A DNA stretch of 26,216 nucleotides from Candidatus Binataceae bacterium (GCA_036494985.1 DASXNP010000161.1:1-26216); one strand, 5' to 3'. Numbered from the stretch's first letter, positions 16,897 through 25,476 are shown. Translations and numbers: made by a program. The notes: generated by a model from the sequence alone, not told the origin.

Positions 16897-17340
16897 ATGC
16901 GGGGCGCATTCAGCTTTGAGCTTCGATGTCACAAATATGTCTTGGACACTCGCTTTATGGGGGTGAAGGGGAAGTACGATACGGTAGTGCCCACGCCGCC
17001 GCATCCGCAACGGCTACGACGCCACGGGTTCAAAGAGACGGTCGCGGCTCGGGCCGCGTTGGTCAAAACAATCGGATGCCGGTTCGAGATGGGATTTCGG
17101 CGGCGCACCAAATCGACCCAGCGGCGGAGCGAGTCGGAACACGCGGAGCGGCAGGGCGGCATTGGTCCTGCCTTTGAAGCGAAAAGCGCAAACCCGATTG
17201 CCGGGCTTGGCGCTCTCGCAGTCCATGATCCCGCAAGAGTAGGTGCGCCAGCCCACCAATGCCCGCGGGCGCGAAGCGAGGCCGCTGCACGCGAGTTCGA
17301 CGCCTTCGCGCGGGCGCGAGCTCAGCGACTAACCCAATGA
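16897..17340 (+). CDS. Possible hypothetical protein (uncertain; start could be 16897, 16957 or later)
   Basis: Its stop overlaps the methyltransferase start as ATGA and it fills an otherwise empty gap. No motif was recognised. Confidence 0.3.
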   Translation: MRGAFSFELRCHKYVLDTRFMGVKGKYDTVVPTPPHPQRLRRHGFKETVAARAALVKTIGCRFEMGFRRRTKSTQRRSESEHAERQGGIGPAFEAKSANPIAGLGALAVHDPARVGAPAHQCPRARSEAAAREFDAFARARAQRLTQ

Positions 17341-17915
17341 GTTTAGCCGGGCGCGAGAAATGGGACGGTCGACACCGCTTGGGCGGGGAAAACGCTTCGC
17401 CCGAGCCATTTGTTGTGGAGATGATACCGAAGATGGCAGCCGGTGGTCGAGTAATGGATGTGGCTGCGGGCCGTGGACGGCACAGCTTCGCCCTGGCGCA
17501 GGCGGGTATGCGCGTGGTTGCGGTGGACTATTCGGAGGTCGCCGCGGCGGCGCTGATGGCTTCGGCGCGCGACCATAAGCTCAGCATCGAGCCGGTCGTC
17601 GCCGATCTCGAAGTGGCGCCGATTCCGTTTCGACCGGGAAGCTTCGACACCATACTAAATGTTAATTTTCTAGACCGCGAGTTGATCGAGCTTCTCAAGG
17701 CCGCGTTGCGGCCGGGCGGAGTGCTCTTGGTCGCGACTTTTCTCATAAAACAGGCGGAGATTGGCGAACCAAAAGATCCACGCTTTTTGCTCGGAGCCGG
17801 CGAATTGCGGGAGTTGATGAGAGGTTTGGAAGTGAAGGTCTATCGCGAGGGCTTGCTAAACTATGCAAGCGGCAAAAAGGCGTGGCGCGCTTCGGCGGTG
17901 GGAATCAGGCGGTGA
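17337..17915 (+). CDS. Class I SAM-dependent methyltransferase, TehB-like, 192 aa
   Basis: EKWD...PEPFV, motif I VMDVAAGRGRHS, VVAVDYS, ADLE, FDTILNVNFLDR and LRPGGVL. Start at ATG 17337. Confidence 0.85.
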   Translation: MSLAGREKWDGRHRLGGENASPEPFVVEMIPKMAAGGRVMDVAAGRGRHSFALAQAGMRVVAVDYSEVAAAALMASARDHKLSIEPVVADLEVAPIPFRPGSFDTILNVNFLDRELIELLKAALRPGGVLLVATFLIKQAEIGEPKDPRFLLGAGELRELMRGLEVKVYREGLLNYASGKKAWRASAVGIRR

Positions 17916-18967
17916 AAAATCGAACCAAACGGGCTGGGCTTTCATACAAGGACGCGGGGGTAGACATCGAGCTTAAGCAGGCGCTTATCCCGCAGTTTCG
18001 GCGGATCGCAATGCAAACCAGCCACGCCCATGTAATTGGCGGAGTTGGTGGGTTTGGAGCCATCGTGGGTTTAAACGGCGCATCGAAAATGGCCGCGCCG
18101 GTGCTGGTGGCCGGCACCGACAGCGTCGGCACCAAGTTGAAGATCGCATTTGCCACTGGCAGGCATGACACGGTCGGTATCGACTGCGTTGCGATGTGCG
18201 TCAATGACATCATTTGTCTGGGCGCGCGGCCGATGTTTTTTTTGGATTACATCGGCGCCGGAAAACTGGATCGCGAGATAGCAATCCAGATCGTCAAGGG
18301 CGTAGCGCGAGGATGTAGAGAGGCGGGGGCCAGCCTGGTTGGCGGCGAGACGGCTCAGCTAGCCGGTTTGTACCGACCGGGAGAATACGACCTGGTCGGA
18401 TTCGCGGTCGGAATCGCGGATCGGTCGCGAGTTCCCCGGCCAAACACGATGCGCTCGGGCGATGCGCTGATCGGGTTATCCTCGACCGGACTCCATTCCA
18501 ATGGATTTTCGCTCGCGCGCAAGGTTCTGCTCGAACGCGGCAAGATGAAGCTCGACGAGTATGTCGCGGCACTAAACAGCACGCTTGCCGACGAACTGCT
18601 GAGGCCGACGAAAATCTACGCGCGGCTAGCAATTGAAATGTTCGAGCGCTTCGAGATCAAGGGTTTGGCGAACATAACCGGCGGGGGGCTCCTCGAGAAC
18701 GTCCCACGGATTCTGCCGACCAATCTGTCGGCCCATATTCGCCGCGGGAGCTGGCAGGTGCCTCCGATATTCGATCTGATCGCGAAAATGGGAAGAATTT
18801 CCCGATCCGAAATGGACCGCACCTTCAACAACGGGGTCGGAATGGTGGCCGTAGCCGCCCAAGACCGCACCGACCCCCTTCTTAGGTGGCTTCGAAGCAG
18901 GCGTCAGACCGCGTTTGTCATAGGGGAACTTAGACGCGGCGCCGACTCCGGCGCCGTAATCGAGTGA
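17912..18967 (+). CDS. purM: Phosphoribosylformylglycinamidine cyclo-ligase (AIR synthetase), 351 aa
   Basis: SYKDAGVDI, GGFG, GTDSVGTK, GIDCVAMCVND, LFFLDY-like MFFLDY, GGETA, GLHSNGFS, ITGGG and TFNNGVG. GTG 17912 overlaps the upstream stop. Confidence 0.95.
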   Translation: MKNRTKRAGLSYKDAGVDIELKQALIPQFRRIAMQTSHAHVIGGVGGFGAIVGLNGASKMAAPVLVAGTDSVGTKLKIAFATGRHDTVGIDCVAMCVNDIICLGARPMFFLDYIGAGKLDREIAIQIVKGVARGCREAGASLVGGETAQLAGLYRPGEYDLVGFAVGIADRSRVPRPNTMRSGDALIGLSSTGLHSNGFSLARKVLLERGKMKLDEYVAALNSTLADELLRPTKIYARLAIEMFERFEIKGLANITGGGLLENVPRILPTNLSAHIRRGSWQVPPIFDLIAKMGRISRSEMDRTFNNGVGMVAVAAQDRTDPLLRWLRSRRQTAFVIGELRRGADSGAVIE

Positions 18968-18998
18968 AGCTCGCGATCGGGCCTATTCATTTGCGCCA

Positions 18999-19676
18999 GT
19001 GAACCAGGACCGTACAGATGAACGCTCGCCGGTGAAGCTCGGCGTGATGATTTCTGGCCGGGGCACCAATCTGCAGGCCATCATCGATTCGATCGAACGA
19101 GGCGAACTGAAGGCCGAGATACGAATAGTGATTTCAAACCGCGCCGCAGCCTACGGACTGGAGCGTGCCAAAGGGCACGGCATAGAAACCGAGGTACTGG
19201 ACCATAGACGATTTAAGAGCCGCGAAGAGTTCGACGCCGCAGCCGTCGCGCGACTGCGCGGGCGCGAGGTGGAACTGGTGGTCTGTGCGGGTTTTATGAG
19301 GCTCTTCTCATCGGTAATGGTGCGCGCCTTCCCGAACCGGATCATGAACATCCATCCCGCGCTGCTCCCAACATTTCCCGGCCTGCACGTTCAGCAGGCG
19401 GCGATCGACTACGGCGTCAAATTCTCGGGTTGCACCGTTTTCTTCGTCGATGAGGGCACCGACGCCGGTCCCATCATCGTCCAGGCGGTGGTGCCCGTGC
19501 TTCAAAACGATGATGAAGCCACCTTGTCTGCCCGAATTCTCGCGCAGGAGCACCGGATATACCCCTACGCGATAGGGCTTTATCAGCAGAGGCGACTCGA
19601 GATTTCGGGCCGGCGGGTGCTCGTGAAAGATGAGGCTCGATGTGAGGGTGCGATGGTAAATCCGCAGCTCCGCTAG
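18999..19676 (+). CDS. purN: Phosphoribosylglycinamide formyltransferase
   Basis: ISGRGTNLQAI, CAGFMRL, NIHPALLPTFPG, SGCTVFFVDEGTDAGPII and EHRIYP. Confidence 0.95.
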   Translation: MNQDRTDERSPVKLGVMISGRGTNLQAIIDSIERGELKAEIRIVISNRAAAYGLERAKGHGIETEVLDHRRFKSREEFDAAAVARLRGREVELVVCAGFMRLFSSVMVRAFPNRIMNIHPALLPTFPGLHVQQAAIDYGVKFSGCTVFFVDEGTDAGPIIVQAVVPVLQNDDEATLSARILAQEHRIYPYAIGLYQQRRLEISGRRVLVKDEARCEGAMVNPQLR

Positions 19677-19753
19677 ATCGCGCGAATCGAACGCGCAAGG
19701 GTCGCCCCTGGACTGGCCCGGCATGATGATTAAGATCCGGTAAGGAGAATCAG

Positions 19754-20020
19754 GTGGCTAAAGTAGAGATCTACACGACCACATACTGTCCGTTCTGCGA
19801 TCGCGCCAAGGCGCTGCTGAGGCGCAAGGGCGTGAACTACCATGAGATCGACGTCACCGACGATACCGACTTACGAATCGCCATGATGGAGCGCGCGGGC
19901 GGGCGCAAGACGGTTCCCGCGATCTTCATCGAGGGCGAGCTGGTGGGCGGCTTCGACGAACTTAAGGCCTTGGACGACGCCGGAAAACTCGATCCGATGC
20001 TGGAGTCACCGGCCGCCTAA
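19754..20020 (+). CDS. grxC: Glutaredoxin 3
   Basis: CPFC active site, TVPAIFI, GGFDEL and AAGGAG RBS. Confidence 0.92.
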   Translation: MAKVEIYTTTYCPFCDRAKALLRRKGVNYHEIDVTDDTDLRIAMMERAGGRKTVPAIFIEGELVGGFDELKALDDAGKLDPMLESPAA

Positions 20021-20042
20021 TCGGAGGCGAAACCAGGAGAGC

Positions 20043-20091
20043 AAGAGGGCTCGCGAGCGCTTTGCACGCAAGCCCTCTTCGGCGCTCTTTT
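20043..20091. terminator. Probable bidirectional terminator between the convergent grxC and lipoprotein genes
   Basis: AAGAGGGCT (20043-20051) pairs with AGCCCTCTT (20071-20079), and inner pairs extend the stem. T-runs on the flanks are short. Confidence 0.5.
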
Positions 20092-20103
20092 AGTGCTCGG
20101 AGA

Positions 20104-20544
20104 CTACTTCGGCGAGGCGATGATGCCCTCGGTCATCTTATGCAGGGCGGTACGGTCCGTCGATGAATCGTATTTGATTGCAACCGCACTGACCGACACC
20201 TCGGTCCCGGAATCGTTGACGTCGGTGTGCTCTTTTATGATCGCGTCGATGTCATCGGGATACTTTTCATAGGCCATTTTCTTGAGCTTGTCGCGGACCT
20301 TGTCTTCGTCGTTTGCGTCGGGCGAGAACGGCTCGCTGTACGACAGATCTCCCAGAACAGTGTAGGGTTTGCCCGCAGGGGCGTCGCCGTTGGTCACCCA
20401 AATGTGCGCGATGTCAACTCGCTGGACAAAGGCCTGCTGCTTGGCTTCTGCTTCGTGGCGCTGCGCTTCGACGGCCGCGCAACCCGCCACGCCACCAAGC
20501 AGCGAGAGCGCAACGATGGTCTTCAAAACTCCCGATAGTCTCAT
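20104..20544 (-). CDS. Hypothetical lipoprotein, possibly YbjQ/heavy-metal-binding-like fold, 146 aa
   Basis: Signal peptide with lipobox VAG-C. GKPYTVLG...KLKKMAYEKYPDDIDAII...AVAIKY resembles the YbjQ-like layout (inference). Confidence 0.75.
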   Translation of the reverse strand: MRLSGVLKTIVALSLLGGVAGCAAVEAQRHEAEAKQQAFVQRVDIAHIWVTNGDAPAGKPYTVLGDLSYSEPFSPDANDEDKVRDKLKKMAYEKYPDDIDAIIKEHTDVNDSGTEVSVSAVAIKYDSSTDRTALHKMTEGIIASPK

Positions 20545-20594
20545 TACTTGGATCCCCAAAATCCCCGTCAACTAGTCAGATTGACTTATACTGC

Positions 20595-20622
20595 ATTATA
20601 GCGAATGGCGGGCGATTGTCTA
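20595..20622 (-). promoter_or_regulatory. Sigma70-type promoter for the lipoprotein gene
   Basis: TAGACA-N16-TATAAT on the minus strand. Confidence 0.5.
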
Positions 20623-20678
20623 ACCGCCACCGACGCTTCGATTTCAATTGGCCGCGGCGGAACGGTAGGATTTTCACA

Positions 20679-21500
20679 GTGACAAGGTTCGCGGCCTGTT
20701 TTCTGTCGGTCTTCAGCGACATCGCATTTGGCGGGATGGTTGCGATTTCAATTCCGCCGTTTTTCAAGATTGAGCGTGGCTTCTATAAGTCGAGCGCTGG
20801 GGTCTACCTCGGCGCCGGACTTCTTGGCGTCTTCGGTCTGGCGGCGCTTGCGTCACGGGGGAAGGAGGCGGGGGCGCCGAGCGCGCCGTGGCTTTGGATG
20901 GTCGCGGGGATCTGGCTGGTGTTTTGTCTCTTCTGCGCGCTCTACATGGTGACTCTGTGGAACGACAACGGCCATGTCCGCTCGCGCGCCTACTCTTCGG
21001 CCCTGCTCTTCGGACTGATCGCCGTCGGCGCCAACGCGATTTCGCTAATGCCGGCTGGCTTTGGCCCGATCGCGGGTGCTGCTTATGTGCTGACTGCGAT
21101 TGCTTCGTCGATCGTGCTGGGACTGGCCAGCGCTGGGATGCTTTTTGGCCACTGGTACTTGATTGATCCGAACCTTCCGGTCGATTACCTGCGCACGCTG
21201 GTGCGGGTTTTCGGCTATGCGCTGGTCGGATATCTGGGCGTCATCGTGATCACGCTTGTAGCAATCGCGGCCACCACCGGTGACGCGGGTGCTCTGTTCG
21301 GCGCGAATTGGATTCTGCTCGGCTTGCGCTTAGTGCTCGGCCCGATTGCATCGGTGATCCTAGTTTGGATGACGTGGCAGACGCTTAAAATTCCGCAAAC
21401 GATGGCCGCTACCGGACTGCTGTACATCGCGACAATGTCGGTGCTGGTGGGAGAATTCCTGGGGCGGTTTATCATGTTTCGCACCGCCATACCGCTATGA
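20679..21500 (+). CDS. Eight-TM integral membrane protein, DmsC/NrfD-like anchor fold, 273 aa
   Basis: About 8 hydrophobic segments, a GMLFGHWYLIDP motif, and C-terminal VGEFLGRFIMF resembling the DmsC 'GELIGRxxF' end. Start at GTG 20679 with AGGA upstream. The 122 extra codons in the ORF track are antisense to the lipoprotein gene. Confidence 0.7.
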   Translation: MTRFAACFLSVFSDIAFGGMVAISIPPFFKIERGFYKSSAGVYLGAGLLGVFGLAALASRGKEAGAPSAPWLWMVAGIWLVFCLFCALYMVTLWNDNGHVRSRAYSSALLFGLIAVGANAISLMPAGFGPIAGAAYVLTAIASSIVLGLASAGMLFGHWYLIDPNLPVDYLRTLVRVFGYALVGYLGVIVITLVAIAATTGDAGALFGANWILLGLRLVLGPIASVILVWMTWQTLKIPQTMAATGLLYIATMSVLVGEFLGRFIMFRTAIPL

Positions 21501-21542
21501 CGCCGCTTTCGCGCCCGGTATGACGATGGTAGAGGATCGTTT

Positions 21543-21812
21543 GTGACCGAAGAGTTCGACCCCGAGCGATTTCCGGGGAATTTCTACGCCGGCATAATCT
21601 CGCGGCTCGATCGCGGGCGTGGGCGTGGAACTGTCCGCTCCCATAGCGGCCGCGAAATTCCCTTCGAGTTTCCGTTCGTGACGGTAGTCGGCGCAAGCAT
21701 CGGCGGCAGGATGCCGGGCATCGATTTGATCCGGGAGGGCGATCTCGTCGGTTTTGACGTCGGATGGACTTCGAAGGGCTTGCGGGTGACCGTAATTCGC
21801 CCTGGGAGCTAA
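21543..21812 (+). CDS. Small OB-fold protein, divergent cold-shock-domain-like, 89 aa
   Basis: AGAGGA RBS. The pattern G-IISRLD-RGRGRGTV...LIREGDLVGFDVGWTSKGLRVTVIR parallels CSD GxVKWF-xKGFGFI...LxEGQxVxFxI...KGPxAxNV. Confidence 0.7.
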   Translation: MTEEFDPERFPGNFYAGIISRLDRGRGRGTVRSHSGREIPFEFPFVTVVGASIGGRMPGIDLIREGDLVGFDVGWTSKGLRVTVIRPGS

Positions 21813-21821
21813 CCCAAAAAA

Positions 21822-22460
21822 CTAGTCGGCGCGGCGCTGGAGCATCCGCCACATCTTTACGCCCAGCGGATTGATCTCGCTTAGCACTTCATATCCCGCC
21901 CGTTCGTAGTAGGGCACGTTGGCAGGAGTTGCGGTTTCGAGATACACCCCGATGACGTCGGTTCGGATGCGGGCCAAGTCGCGCAGGTAGTCGAGGATCG
22001 CGATCCCATAGTGGCGGCGCTGGAAGCCCGGATCGACGCCGAGAAAGTTTAGGTAGATGTGAGCCTCGCGTGGATGGTTGCGCGCGAGGGCATCCATCAG
22101 CCTGATCGCCCGCAGGGTTCCCTCAAAGCCCAGCGCCCCAACGAACCGGGGCAAGTCAATGAGACCCGACATCACGGTCGATACCGGCGTAGGCTGCAGG
22201 CTGCCTTCGACGATCGCAGTTCCAGCGACCTGTCCACTGTCGACGATACCGAAGATCGGATGTCCGAAGCGCCGCATCAAGCGCAGCATTGCAGCAAAGA
22301 ACCGGATGAATCGGTCAACCCGCTCGGCGGGCTCTTCGATCGTCGGGATCAGGGCGCCGAGGGCGGGGTCGTCGACAAAGGCGCGGCCCAGAGCGACGGC
22401 GACGCCGCGATCCTGTTCCGTGAACAGGTAGGAGACCGGGTTACGAGCCAGAGATCCCAT
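21822..22460 (-). CDS. GNAT family N-acetyltransferase, 212 aa
   Basis: LGRAFVDDP, IYLNFLGVDPGFQRRHYG and VYLETATPANVPYYERAGY. Start at ATG 22460, 7 nt after the glpK stop. Confidence 0.85.
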   Translation of the reverse strand: MGSLARNPVSYLFTEQDRGVAVALGRAFVDDPALGALIPTIEEPAERVDRFIRFFAAMLRLMRRFGHPIFGIVDSGQVAGTAIVEGSLQPTPVSTVMSGLIDLPRFVGALGFEGTLRAIRLMDALARNHPREAHIYLNFLGVDPGFQRRHYGIAILDYLRDLARIRTDVIGVYLETATPANVPYYERAGYEVLSEINPLGVKMWRMLQRRAD

Positions 22461-22467
22461 GCTGCTA

Positions 22468-23973
22468 TTAAGTTTGCCGCGGTTTAGGATGGCTGACAAC
22501 GCGCGCTACCGCATCACGCCACCCCGCCAGTAGGCGCTTGCGAACGTCGGGCTTCATGCGCGGCTTGAACAGCTTGCGGCCCTTGTTTGGCGCGATCAGA
22601 TCGGCGTGCGACCTCCAGAGTCCGGTGGCCATGCCCGCAAGAATCGCCGCGCCAAGCGCCGTGGTCTCCGCCATCGCTGGCCGCGATACGACCCGATCGA
22701 GGATGTCGGCCTGAAACTGCATCAAATAGTCGTTAACCGATGCGCCGCCGTCGGCTCGAAGTTCGCTTAGTCGCGAAGCCGTGTCGGACTCCATCGCGAC
22801 CGCTACGTCGCGAACCTGGTAGGCGATCGAGTCCAGTGCGGCGCGAACAATGTCGGCGCGCGATGTACCCCGGGTAATTCCCACGATCGCCCCACGCGCT
22901 TCGGCATCCCAATGGGGCGCGCCGAGGCCGACAAAGGCCGGAACCATATACAAGCCGCAGGAATCGGCGACGGACCGCGCCGTCGCACAGCTATCTTTGC
23001 TGTGTTTGATGAAACCCATCTGATCCCGGACCCACTGAATGGCCGCGCCCGCGACAAAAACCGACCCTTCAAGCGCGTATGCGGGTTCGCCCGAGGGTCC
23101 CAGCGCGGAAGTTTTCAGCAGACGGTTTTTCGATTCAGGACGGTGCTGGGCGGTGTTCACCAAGAGAAAAGCACCCGTTCCGTAGGTGGCTTTGGCCTGC
23201 CCGCTTCGAACCGCCCCCTGGCCAAACAGCGCGGATTGCTGATCGCCGATCACGGCGCCGATCGGTACCGCGCCGCCGCCGAAGATGCCCCGCGCGGTCT
23301 CGGCGATCGGGCCGCGCGAGCTGATGGTCTGGGGCAGGATTTCACGGGGAACGTCCAGCAGGCGAAGCATCTCGGGGTCCCAGGCGAGCGAGTCTAGATT
23401 GAGGAGCATGGTGCGCGAAGCGTTGGTGTAGTCGGTTACGTGGATAGCGCCACCCGACATCTTGTAGAGCAGCCAACTATCTATGGTGCCAAAGCATAAC
23501 TCGCCGCGCGCCGCGCGCCTTCGCCAGGTGGGATTTCGATCGAGGAGCCATTTGAGCTTGGTGCCGGAGAAGTACGGATCCAACAGCAAGCCGGTGCGAC
23601 GGGTGACTTCGGATTCGTGATCTTGGGCGCGCAAGCGGCTGCAAATCTCGGCGCTGCGGCGGCACTGCCATACGATGGCTCGATGCAGCGGACGGCCAGT
23701 CTTTCGCTCCCACAGCACGAAGGTCTCGCGCTGATTGGTTATTCCGATCGCGCGAACGTCGGCAGGTTTCGCACGCGCCGCTTCGAGCGCCTGGCGCGAC
23801 AGTTGAACCGCCGAATCGAAGATCTCCATTGGGTCGTGCTCGACCCAGCCTGGCTGTGGGAAAAATTGTCGGATTTCACGATACGCTCGGCATACGACGC
23901 GGCCAGATTCGGCGATGGCTAAAACGGTGGTGCCGGTGGTTCCTTGGTCGATCGCGATAATGAGATTTCTCAT
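22468..23973 (-). CDS. glpK: Glycerol kinase
   Basis: DQGTTG, GITNQRET, VWQCRR, DPYFSGTK, TNASRT, GDQQSALFG, KATYGTG, YALEGS, PAFVGLGAPHWD, DGG and ETTALGAA. Confidence 0.95.
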   Translation of the reverse strand: MRNLIIAIDQGTTGTTVLAIAESGRVVCRAYREIRQFFPQPGWVEHDPMEIFDSAVQLSRQALEAARAKPADVRAIGITNQRETFVLWERKTGRPLHRAIVWQCRRSAEICSRLRAQDHESEVTRRTGLLLDPYFSGTKLKWLLDRNPTWRRRAARGELCFGTIDSWLLYKMSGGAIHVTDYTNASRTMLLNLDSLAWDPEMLRLLDVPREILPQTISSRGPIAETARGIFGGGAVPIGAVIGDQQSALFGQGAVRSGQAKATYGTGAFLLVNTAQHRPESKNRLLKTSALGPSGEPAYALEGSVFVAGAAIQWVRDQMGFIKHSKDSCATARSVADSCGLYMVPAFVGLGAPHWDAEARGAIVGITRGTSRADIVRAALDSIAYQVRDVAVAMESDTASRLSELRADGGASVNDYLMQFQADILDRVVSRPAMAETTALGAAILAGMATGLWRSHADLIAPNKGRKLFKPRMKPDVRKRLLAGWRDAVARVVSHPKPRQT

Positions 23974-24029
23974 GGAAGCCCACCATATCGCGAAGGAGCG
24001 CGAAGGTCATAAGTTGGACAACTCGCGGC

Positions 24030-24059
24030 TTGCCTTCAACGGTTTGCGGGGCCATTATA
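24030..24059. promoter_or_regulatory. Overlapping divergent promoter elements for gshA and glpK
   Basis: Plus strand has TTGCCT-N17-CATTAT. Minus strand has a perfect TATAAT at 24054-24059 with no clear -35. Confidence 0.35.
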
Positions 24060-24111
24060 GGCCCGCTTGGCGACAGGCCCATCGCGCTGGGGAGCGGGAG
24101 ATGGAGGGCCA

Positions 24112-25470
24112 ATGAGTGAGCAGGTCAACGGCAAAGAGGATCTGATCCGCTACTTCCAAGGCGGCGCGAAGCCGCGCGCGCAGTGGCGCGTAGGGACCGA
24201 GTACGAAAAAGTTGCAGTTTCCGCTCGAGACGGTAAGGCACTGCCTTTTTCCGGTCCGGATGGCGTGGAGACTCTGCTCAAAACAATGGCCGATCGTTTC
24301 GGCTGGGAGCCGCAGGAGGAGCACGGGCGAATCCTCTCACTGCGCGGCAAGAAGTCGGCGATAACTATCGAACCCGGCGGCCAAATCGAGTTGTCCGGCG
24401 AACCGTGTGAAACGGTCCACTGCGCTTACGCCGAGTTCACTGAACACATCGAACAGCTGACGGAAGTCGCGCGCGAGCACGGGGTCGCGGTGCTGGGACT
24501 TGGAATGCAGCCGGTGAGCAAGCTCGAGGAAATCGAACTGCTGCCCAAAGCGCGCTATCGAATCATGTTTCCCTACATGGCCCGCAAGGGGCGGCTTGGT
24601 CAGCGGATGATGAAGCAGACCGCGGGCGTGCAGGCAAACCTCGACTACGGCGATGAAACCGACGCGATTCGGAAGTTTCGCGTCAGCACTGCGATCGTTC
24701 CCATCGTATACGCGTTGTTCGGCAACTCTCCCATCTGCGACGGAGGGCTCAACGGATATCACAGCTTCCGCGGCCACATTTGGACCGATACCGACCCCGA
24801 TCGAAGCGGGATGTTGCAACTCGCATTTCGCGAAGGAGCGTCTTTCGAAGACTACACGGAGTACGCGCTTGACGTACCGATGTATTTCTTGATTCGCCAT
24901 CACGAGTACATCGATCTGACCAAGCCCCCTGGGATCACTTTCCGCCAGTATCTGGAAAAGGGTTTCGGCAACGAGCAGGCAACGCTCGAAGATTGGAGAG
25001 ACCACCTGACCACGATTTTCACCGAGGTTAGGCTGAAGACCTACGTCGAGGTACGAATGGCTGACAGCCAGCCACCGTCGTTGATGCTGGCGCTGCCCGC
25101 GCTATTTAAGGGACTGCTTTATGAAAACGATTGCCTCGACGGCGCTTGGGACTTGGTCAAGCGGTGGAGTTTCGCGGAGCGCCTTGCCCTGAACGATATG
25201 GCACACAAGATCGGGCTGGATGCGCGCGTTGGCCGGGTCTCCATGCGGGAGCTCGGGCTTGAATTGCTTGAAATAGCCAGCGCTGGCCTGCAGCGTCAGA
25301 AGGCGCTCAACGCGAAGGGTGAAGACGAGAGCATTTACCTGCTGCGATTGCTGGAATTGGTGACAACCGGCCATAATCAAGCGAGCCTCACAATCGATCG
25401 ATGGAAAGGACGCTGGAACTACGAAGTGAGCAGACTGGTGGCCGCAACGTCGTACGAGAGTGAAGCCTAG
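24112..25470 (+). CDS. gshA: Glutamate-cysteine ligase (GCS2; plant/alphaproteobacterial type), 452 aa
   Basis: VGTEYEK, TIEPGGQIELSG, LPKARYRIM, MMKQTAGVQANLDY, IWTDTDPDRSG, DVPMYF, HLTTIFTEVRLK and EVRMAD. GGAGG RBS. Confidence 0.9.
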   Translation: MSEQVNGKEDLIRYFQGGAKPRAQWRVGTEYEKVAVSARDGKALPFSGPDGVETLLKTMADRFGWEPQEEHGRILSLRGKKSAITIEPGGQIELSGEPCETVHCAYAEFTEHIEQLTEVAREHGVAVLGLGMQPVSKLEEIELLPKARYRIMFPYMARKGRLGQRMMKQTAGVQANLDYGDETDAIRKFRVSTAIVPIVYALFGNSPICDGGLNGYHSFRGHIWTDTDPDRSGMLQLAFREGASFEDYTEYALDVPMYFLIRHHEYIDLTKPPGITFRQYLEKGFGNEQATLEDWRDHLTTIFTEVRLKTYVEVRMADSQPPSLMLALPALFKGLLYENDCLDGAWDLVKRWSFAERLALNDMAHKIGLDARVGRVSMRELGLELLEIASAGLQRQKALNAKGEDESIYLLRLLELVTTGHNQASLTIDRWKGRWNYEVSRLVAATSYESEA

Positions 25471-25476
25471 TTGCCA

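Noticed and set aside
17078-17095. GGTTCGAG resembling a tRNA T-loop
   Set aside because: The flanks do not form a T-stem, and there is no cloverleaf.
20313-20678. N-terminal 122 aa of the 395-aa ORF
   Set aside because: It is antisense to the lipoprotein gene and its promoter. The hydrophobic protein begins at GTG 20679.
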